A stretch of DNA of 64,000 bases from Meyerozyma guilliermondii. Its lineage: Eukaryota. The position numbers and the translations under genes were made by a program. Of this stretch, positions 43,692 to 50,860 are shown in pieces; position 1 is the stretch's first letter; each line of letters begins with the position of its first letter. A model generated the notes under the pieces. It saw nothing but the letters and a program-made list of their open reading frames with translations, was not told the DNA's origin and made no database searches. The stretch spans positions 186,001-250,000 of the forward strand of contig CP128818.1 in the NCBI GenBank assembly GCA_051546255.1. The letters run 5' to 3'.

Positions 43692-45194
43692 ATGTCCAAC
43701 TATACCCACCTCCAAAACACACCTGCCCAGGTCGCCACGGTGCTCTGCTGCAACTGTGGTGTCCCCATGGACGGCCTGAGCGGCTTGGTCATGTGCCACG
43801 ACTGTATCAAGCTCACGGTGGACATAACTGAGGGCATTCCAAGAGAGGCAAATTTGTCATTTTGTCGTAATTGTGAGCGTTTTCTCCAGCCTCCCACCCA
43901 ATGGATCCGTTGTGCGCTCGAGTCTCGAGAGTTGTTGGCGTTGTGTTTGCGGAAATTGAAAGGATTGAATAAAGTACGTTTGGTGGATGCCTCGTTCATT
44001 TGGACAGAACCTCACTCGCGAAGGATTCGGGTCAAGTTGACGGTCCAGGGTGAAGCCATGGCTAATACAATCATCCAGCAGACGTTTGAAGTGGAATATG
44101 TCGTGGTGGCGATGCAGTGTGCTGACTGTGCCAAGTCTTATACTACCAATACTTGGCGCGCAACCGTGCAGATCAGACAAAAGGTGGCTCACAAGAGAAC
44201 ATTTTTGTACTTGGAACAGTTGATTTTGAAGCACAATGCTCATGTGGATACCGTGAACATTCAGGAAACAAAAGATGGGCTTGATTTTTTCTATGCTCAA
44301 AAATCTCATGCTGCAAAAATGGTGGAGTTTCTCACCGCAGTGGCTCCCGTAAAGAATAAGCGTTCGGAAGAATTGGTCAGTCAGGATATCCATTCGGGCT
44401 CATCCCAGTACAAGTTTACCTTCTCCATCGAATTGGCTCCCATATGTAGAGACGATTTGGTGGTGCTTCCCAAAAAACTTGCCCACTCTCTCGGCAACAT
44501 CACCCGATTAGTCTTGTGTTCCAAAGTGTCCAGCATGCTCCACTTCATCGACCCCAGCACCCTCCAGACCGCCGATTTGAACGCACCTCAATACTGGCGT
44601 AGTCCATTTCCTACGTTACTCGACGCTACTCAAATGGTGGAATTCATCGTTCTTGACGTAGAACCAACCGGAGATATTCGCGGGAAAAACGTCTTGGCAG
44701 ATGTCACCGTCAGCCGTGCAAGCGACTTGGGCACCAACGACCAAACATACTACATCAGATCACATCTCGGAGCCATTTTGCACCCGGGTGATTCATGCAT
44801 GGGATACTTTTTGACCAACACAAACCTCAATTCCGACCTTTGGGATACCCTAGACACCGACAATACTCCAGAAGTGGTGTTGGTGAAGAAACACTACGAA
44901 AGAAAGTCAAAGAAATCGAAATACAGAAACTGGAAGTTGAAGAGAATGGCCAAGGAATACAATGAAATGGACGATGCTACCAGACAAGCACGCCAGGAAC
45001 AAGAAAAGGCAGAAAGAGACTACGAGTTGTTCTTGCAAGAATTGGAAGAGGATGAAGAATTGAGACAAACGGTTAATATGTATAAGGCACCTACCCAGGC
45101 CCAATTTGAAAGTGATATGGATGATGACGACGAGGCGCCAGAAGTTGGTTTGGACGAGTTGCTTGATGAAATGGACGAGATGACAATTAGCTAA
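43692..45194 (+). CDS. NMD3: 60S export adaptor Nmd3
   Basis: LCCNCG, FCRNCERF, FIWTEPHSRRIRVK, DYELFLQELEEDEELR, C-terminal NES LDELLDEMDEMTI. Confidence 0.97.
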   Translation: MSNYTHLQNTPAQVATVLCCNCGVPMDGLSGLVMCHDCIKLTVDITEGIPREANLSFCRNCERFLQPPTQWIRCALESRELLALCLRKLKGLNKVRLVDASFIWTEPHSRRIRVKLTVQGEAMANTIIQQTFEVEYVVVAMQCADCAKSYTTNTWRATVQIRQKVAHKRTFLYLEQLILKHNAHVDTVNIQETKDGLDFFYAQKSHAAKMVEFLTAVAPVKNKRSEELVSQDIHSGSSQYKFTFSIELAPICRDDLVVLPKKLAHSLGNITRLVLCSKVSSMLHFIDPSTLQTADLNAPQYWRSPFPTLLDATQMVEFIVLDVEPTGDIRGKNVLADVTVSRASDLGTNDQTYYIRSHLGAILHPGDSCMGYFLTNTNLNSDLWDTLDTDNTPEVVLVKKHYERKSKKSKYRNWKLKRMAKEYNEMDDATRQARQEQEKAERDYELFLQELEEDEELRQTVNMYKAPTQAQFESDMDDDDEAPEVGLDELLDEMDEMTIS

Positions 45195-45218
45195 CGCACA
45201 TACGTACAAACTTTCATA
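45098..45218 (+). repeat. Left copy of ~120-bp direct repeat (functional NMD3 3' end + UTR)
   Basis: ggcccaatttgaaagtgatatgg...acaattagctaacgcacatacgtacaaactttcata recurs at 48641-48755. Confidence 0.95.
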
Positions 45219-45433
45219 CAAATATTTCACTTTCTTTTACTCTTCATCTTACTGTTGGAAAATGCAGTCATGATCCAGATGCAGGATCAGAGCCGCACGG
45301 GAGATGAAATAGGCATGGCTGCAAAAGGCGGGTAACTACCCGCTTGGCTGCAAAGCATAAATATGGGTAGCTCCCCCCAAATAAATTCCACCTCTTGTCG
45401 CATTTGTACTTCGTCTTGATCACGAATTGAAAT

Positions 45434-45967
45434 ATGACAACACCACCAGTGCAAGAACTGACAACACCACAACTGGATGAAATGATCACACCCCAAATTG
45501 TGACTACTCGACTTAATGAAATGACTCGACAACAAAGGGAAGTGATTATGAGAGAAATGGCAACACTTCGAATGGATGAAATTCGGATTCTGGAAAACTG
45601 GTTTAGAGCGCGGCAATTTGCTGTAGCATTCTTTAGTCTACTTCTGCTCGTGGCTTCCATGTTCTACGAGGGTGCAAGGATTAAAATCTCGATTTATCTC
45701 TGGATCTGTTTTGCACTTGTTTATGTGTGGCTTATAAGAAATCGGATACTTTCCGTATACGTTTCCTATCAGCATAGGGTACCATTATCGTCCAGCTTAT
45801 TATCGGCTGCCTTCTGCTTTCTGACATGTATTGTCGCTTTCTATTCCTCCTGCCAACAGAGTGTATCTATTATCGGAATGCTCCAATTATGCGTGTTAGC
45901 AATTCTGGGCAGTATGATGGAAACGTTACTGCAATATAATTTACGTGTGCATGGAGTGACGGCTTGA
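45434..45967 (+). CDS. Orphan multi-pass membrane protein, cassette ORF1 (177 aa)
   Basis: N-terminal TTPQxDEM-like repeats then about 4 hydrophobic segments; aligns by eye to ORF2/ORF3. Confidence 0.7.
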   Translation: MTTPPVQELTTPQLDEMITPQIVTTRLNEMTRQQREVIMREMATLRMDEIRILENWFRARQFAVAFFSLLLLVASMFYEGARIKISIYLWICFALVYVWLIRNRILSVYVSYQHRVPLSSSLLSAAFCFLTCIVAFYSSCQQSVSIIGMLQLCVLAILGSMMETLLQYNLRVHGVTA

Positions 45968-46557
45968 ACTCTGGAACACAGTTAGTTTGCTAAAATAGCT
46001 AATATCGAACATTTGCTATCATATTGTTGGATTATAAGCCGATAAAGTTATCCTTCACCGTGTGAGCTATGAAATCCACTAACACCATCTTGGTGATACA
46101 GTGTCTTCTAACAAGGTATGCGATCCCTGATCAATATTTTCCTAGACTCATTCGATTAATTTTTAAATTTTATAATATTTTCTAGCTAGTAATCTAAACT
46201 GTTTTGCTTAAATTTAGATATCTAATTGACTTATAAACTGGACAAGTTTTACGGAAAACAGATAGCAAAAAGTTTTGCAGCTGGGATCAGGATCCAAATA
46301 CGACTAAAATGTGCTGGTCGAAAACAGCAGTAATGTACCTCAACTGGGTAACTTTCAAGTCTGCTGTGGGAAGAGAGTAAGGAAGAGAAAGTTAAGGAAA
46401 AATTGAGAGAATGAAGGAAATGGAAAGTATAAGAAATTGAGCAGAGAAGATAGCAGAATCAGTTGTGCGATATTCATTTTCAGGTCCTTTGACCTGCGGA
46501 AGCTTCGAATTTTTTCACTGCTTTAGATATGGCAGATTATTTGTACGTTTACTTATA

Positions 46558-46944
46558 ATGAGCTTCGCCTCACCTCTGAGCTCACCAATGGAGAAACAAT
46601 TGACTGAAGAAACTGTGGGGGGAAATTTAGAAGAAACACTGGCCAAAAATCCGCCAATCGATATTGGAATTACAGTGCAATTGATGACTTTTTTCCTGTT
46701 GACTTTTGGCTGGGTACTTCCCGTCGAGTTTCGAAAGGAAAATGTTAATGTAAGGATTCCGAGTTATATCTGGCTCTCTTCGGCAGCTTTTCATGTGATC
46801 TGTATTGTAATATTTATAAACATCGCAATCGTTGCCTTTCGATGTAAGGAGGCAAGAACTTTGGCTCTTGGGAGCTTATTCTATCTTGGTTTGTGCCTTA
46901 CATCATTTATATCGCTTTTCATCTGGTTCTGTCAAGATCGGTAA
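46558..46944 (+). CDS. Orphan multi-pass membrane protein, cassette ORF2 (128 aa; possibly truncated)
   Basis: First ATG 46558; 3 hydrophobic segments; gapless alignment to ORF3. Confidence 0.65.
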   Translation: MSFASPLSSPMEKQLTEETVGGNLEETLAKNPPIDIGITVQLMTFFLLTFGWVLPVEFRKENVNVRIPSYIWLSSAAFHVICIVIFINIAIVAFRCKEARTLALGSLFYLGLCLTSFISLFIWFCQDR

Positions 46945-47681
46945 TACTACACGGATTCTCGCTTTTTGTCTTTACCAAACCTGCTTATAAGTGATTTGAA
47001 TATGTTTATCTTAGTGTTTGTATTTTTCGTACTGATAGTCTAAAGAACCTTTAACTCCACGACCTATGATTCTTCATGCATTGTGCCATTTGATGTATGC
47101 GACCCGCAGCATACAAGCAGCACAGTCACGTGACAATTTTGGACTAGAAGTGAAATTTAGGCTACTCAGCTGCTCAAATGTACTCAGAAACCACCGTATT
47201 AAAGTCTATAAGACATTTCATAGTCATGAAACATCAAATATTGGCGACTCCAACAACTACATAGCTTTCCAAAATGGTTGCAAAATCAACCGTGCGGCTC
47301 GCGAGTCTCACGCGATAAGAGGTTGCATGCATACGAAGGTGCGGCTTTCACCGAGCCAAATTGTACATGTAACACCAAAAGATTCACTTTTTCGCTTATG
47401 ACCTGACACTCTTACAGTGTAGTATAGTCAGTCTAGTTGCTCTTGAATACTTGAAGCAAGTGAGATCAATGAAAATAATCTCTTGACGTAACATTTCAAG
47501 TATTTAGGTAACATTTCAAGTGTTTTGCTTGTAATATTGCAGGTGAATTGCATGGATACTTGCAGGGGTTGTCCCTTCGAAGCATGCAATGCCATGCAGC
47601 CGTTCAGTTTGCTTTTCGATTGGGACACGCTAGATATAAAAGACCACTCGTCGCGTTTGTACTCAAGTCTTCTAAATTACA

Positions 47682-48224
47682 ATGATTCCACAATACTTAA
47701 GAGATCTTTTTGATGATACAATCGAAGCATATGCTCCACGATGGGTGAGATACTTCACTGAACAGCGAGTAGGAGAAACGACTACATCGCACCTGAGAGA
47801 ACTGATGCCACCAACGGAAGAAATGACGAGCACAAATACGCACGAAACTCTGGCCGAAACTCTGGCCGAAACTTGGGATCTCCGGAGGTTACAGGTGAAT
47901 GTAGCGGTAGTTTTGGCAACGTTAGTTCTTCAAGGAGGCAAGAAGTTCTTCCCTAATATTTTTGAAATCGAGATTTCGACGTCTGCCTGTTACGCAGCTG
48001 CAACCGCTTATGTTGGATATACATGGAGATGGGTGAAGGCCACATTCACTTGCGTTACACGTGGGGAGGGAAGAGGAAAGATTATCCTCTACTCTTTTCA
48101 TTGTTTTGTGTGCTTTGTGACATGTCTTTTGATTGCCACTGAATTCTACCAATCACAGAACCATACTTTATTTAGCTTTGCCCCTTCATTGCAATCAGCA
48201 ATTATTAGCTACATGGCAATCTGA
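47682..48224 (+). CDS. Orphan membrane protein, cassette ORF3 (180 aa)
   Basis: TATAAAA about 45 bp upstream; TEExxxxNxxETxA motif and TM region shared with ORF2. Confidence 0.65.
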   Translation: MIPQYLRDLFDDTIEAYAPRWVRYFTEQRVGETTTSHLRELMPPTEEMTSTNTHETLAETLAETWDLRRLQVNVAVVLATLVLQGGKKFFPNIFEIEISTSACYAAATAYVGYTWRWVKATFTCVTRGEGRGKIILYSFHCFVCFVTCLLIATEFYQSQNHTLFSFAPSLQSAIISYMAI

Positions 48225-48640
48225 TTTTGATTATCGACCCACAAGCTTATTGATTTCATTAGCTTGTGGCTATCGATCATCTTGGTATATTCAGCAATGC
48301 ATTGTCTTAAACATAACAAATTTGCAAGTACCTTGACATAATGAAATTGCAAGCTTGTCACCGTGTAGTCGCTTACAATGTGAAAGCCATGCAACAAGTT
48401 CTTTACCTTGTAACCGAGAAATCATAGATCGAGAGCCAAATTAATATCTTAAAATGCTAGTATCGAAAATCAAAAAATTGACCATGGACTTGAAATTTAT
48501 TGAGTCCCTCGTAAAATTTTTACTTATCGATCACTAATAGAATTGCACGTTGGCCATGTTCTCTAGCCAGACTTGAGAAAATGAAATCGGGTGAAATACC
48601 ATTTTGGCAACTTGTTGGAAAATGCAGGATCAGACAAACT

Positions 48641-48755
48641 GGCCCAATTTTAAGTGATATGGACGACGACGACGAGGCGCCAGAAGTTGGATTGGACGAG
48701 TTGCTTGAAATGGACCAGATGACAATTAGTTAACGCACATACACAGACTTTCATA
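48641..48755 (+). pseudogene. Decayed duplicate of NMD3 3' end (last ~31 codons, stop, start of 3' UTR)
   Basis: Reads ..DMDDDDEAPEVGLDELL-EMDQMTIS*; versus the left copy: 7 substitutions and deletions of 1, 3 and 2 bp, including a stop/frameshift at ttt taa. Confidence 0.93.
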
Positions 48756-48826
48756 TTTTAAATCAGTCCTATCTACTCTCACTCTTACCTGCAGTCCTAT
48801 TCTCAAAACTAATCTACTCCACAATC

Positions 48827-50767
48827 ATGATCATGACCGAGCTTCGAGATTTGGTTGGAAAACCGCTCAAGTATGTGCCCACGCGGTCGTTTGTCGAGTC
48901 GAGCTTTTTCAAAGCTCTAAGTGACCTCAAACTCAATCAACTAAAGTTAAACACTGATACGGTTTCCATTTCTGGATTTATGAACCACCCTAAAAACCTC
49001 ACAAAGTTCCAGGATTATCCTATACTCAACCTTGATTTTTCTAGCTTTGAGCTTGCTTCGCTGGCTTCGCTGGCTGCGCTGGACGAGAATGTTGAGTACA
49101 AAGGTACACTTTTGAACGTGAACACGATTGAAGAATTCAAAGCCATTAATAAGCTGGACTTGTTGAAGCAATGGGGATCTTTAATTTACAAATCGATAAC
49201 GGAAGGCGACACCACATACAGGAGTGTTAACCAGTTTTTTGTGTTGACTTTCAGTGACTTGAAAAAGTACAAGTTTTACTACTGGTTTGCGTATCCTTCT
49301 TTGCAGTCTCAATGGACGGTTAAAGAGTGCAAAGAGGCTCCAAGTTTTGAAGACGAAACACGAAAATACTTGGACACCCAGGAAGAACTTGAGTTTTTTT
49401 TTGCAAGAGAACAAGAAGAGTTTTGTGGGTTATCAAAATTCTTGAATGGATCCAAAAAAGTGAACGAACATTCAACTTTTGTTTTCGTCGATTCTTGCCG
49501 ACACCCAGGCTTGTATCCTGGCTGGCAGCTCAAGAACTTTCTCTATATTCTTGCCCGTCAAGGAATGCGAGAGATCAGGCTATTTGTATACCGCTACGAT
49601 GGAACTTCCATAATGATGAAGCTTCAACTCGACTCGATTCCAAACGATATCAAGTTTATGGGATGGGAAAGAACCAAAGACGACAAGCTTGGACCCAAAT
49701 TGGCGGATCTTGGGTCGCTAATTGACCCGATTCAGCTTGCTGATCAGGCGGTAGATTTGAATCTCAAGTTGATGAAATGGCGCATTTCGCCTCAACTAAA
49801 CCTCGAAAAAGTCGCCCAGCAGAAAGTGCTTCTTCTTGGATCTGGTACGTTGGGCAGCTACGTTGCCAGAGCATTGATGGGATGGGGAGTACGTCACATT
49901 ACTTTTGTCGATAATGGCAGGGTTTCGTATTCGAATCCGGTGCGACAACCACTTTTTGGATTTAACGATTGTTTCAGCGACGAAGGTCTTGGAAGATGGA
50001 AGGCTCCCAGAGCAGCAGAGGCATTGAAAGAGATTTTTCCTGGTGTCAACTCGTCAGCTTACAATTTGGAGGTGCCAATGATTGGACATCCAGTGGAAAA
50101 CGAGCAATCAGCAAAAGCCAACTATGAAACGCTAGAGCGTCTAGTGGATGAAAACGATGCCATTTTCTTATTGATGGACTCTCGGGAGTCGAGGTGGCTT
50201 CCCACACTTTTGGGAATGGCCAAGAATAAATTGGTGATAAATGCTGCTCTTGGGTTCGATTCGTTTCTTGTGATGCGCCATGGAACAACCACTAATAATC
50301 TCGGATGCTACTACTGCAACGATGTGGTTGCGCCTTCAGACAGTCTCTCAGATCGAACCCTAGACCAGATGTGTACTGTGACTCGTCCTGGAGGAGCTTT
50401 AATGGCATCTGCGTTGGCAGTTGAGCTTTTGGTTTCAGTGTTGCAACATCCTGAAGGAGCTGAAGCAGATGCCAAAGAACACTCATTTTTTGGCGAAGTC
50501 CCTCACCAGATCAGAGGATTCCTCCACAACTTTCTGCAAACAAAGTTGTATGCTCCAAAGTATACACATTGCTCCGCATGTTCGCAACCTGTGGTGGACA
50601 GTTTTCGCAGCCAAGGATGGGATTTTGTGAAAAATTGCCTCAACGACACAAAACACTTGGAAAGGGTCTGTGGACTCGAGGAGGTGCAGCGAGAGGCAGA
50701 GAGAGCATCAGAGGCTTTGCTAGAGCAGGCAGCGGGTCTTGACCTCTCCGATGAAGAATGGCTCTAG
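48827..50767 (+). CDS. ATG7: E1-like autophagy enzyme Atg7
   Basis: [69 protein letters not shown]. Confidence 0.97.
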   Translation: MIMTELRDLVGKPLKYVPTRSFVESSFFKALSDLKLNQLKLNTDTVSISGFMNHPKNLTKFQDYPILNLDFSSFELASLASLAALDENVEYKGTLLNVNTIEEFKAINKLDLLKQWGSLIYKSITEGDTTYRSVNQFFVLTFSDLKKYKFYYWFAYPSLQSQWTVKECKEAPSFEDETRKYLDTQEELEFFFAREQEEFCGLSKFLNGSKKVNEHSTFVFVDSCRHPGLYPGWQLKNFLYILARQGMREIRLFVYRYDGTSIMMKLQLDSIPNDIKFMGWERTKDDKLGPKLADLGSLIDPIQLADQAVDLNLKLMKWRISPQLNLEKVAQQKVLLLGSGTLGSYVARALMGWGVRHITFVDNGRVSYSNPVRQPLFGFNDCFSDEGLGRWKAPRAAEALKEIFPGVNSSAYNLEVPMIGHPVENEQSAKANYETLERLVDENDAIFLLMDSRESRWLPTLLGMAKNKLVINAALGFDSFLVMRHGTTTNNLGCYYCNDVVAPSDSLSDRTLDQMCTVTRPGGALMASALAVELLVSVLQHPEGAEADAKEHSFFGEVPHQIRGFLHNFLQTKLYAPKYTHCSACSQPVVDSFRSQGWDFVKNCLNDTKHLERVCGLEEVQREAERASEALLEQAAGLDLSDEEWL

Positions 50768-50860
50768 ACCCACACACCAGAAGAGACTGCCCATAAGACT
50801 GTTTTTCGCACTTTAAATTTACCCTTCAACATTGATTTCTCGCACTCGCGTCACAACAAC

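Larger units (their letters stand above)
45219..48640. mobile_element. Putative integrated cassette between duplicated NMD3 3' ends
   Basis: Flanked by NMD3 3'-end direct repeats and by tgttggaaaatgcag at 45253 and 48613; interrupts the NMD3-ATG7 adjacency; carries three orphan paralogues; no mobility gene seen. Confidence 0.55.

Noticed and set aside
46440..46456. gcagagaagatagca resembling the U6 ACAGAGAAGATTAGCA box
   Set aside because: Mismatched core, no flanking U6 sequence, lies in a purine-rich tract
47066..47401. 111-aa ORF inside the cassette
   Set aside because: No similarity to the paralogue family or any motif I recognise; composition looks random
45219..48640. Cassette as a regional centromere (AT-rich, 3-4 kb, central GTCACGTGAC)
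   Set aside because: Contains three related ORFs and an NMD3 relic; no long inverted repeats or retroelement remnants; cannot be fully excluded without CENP-A data
45219..48640. Canonical LTR retrotransposon, DNA transposon or LAGLIDADG homing element
   Set aside because: No gag/pol, transposase or endonuclease ORF, no TG...CA LTR pair and no terminal inverted repeats seen
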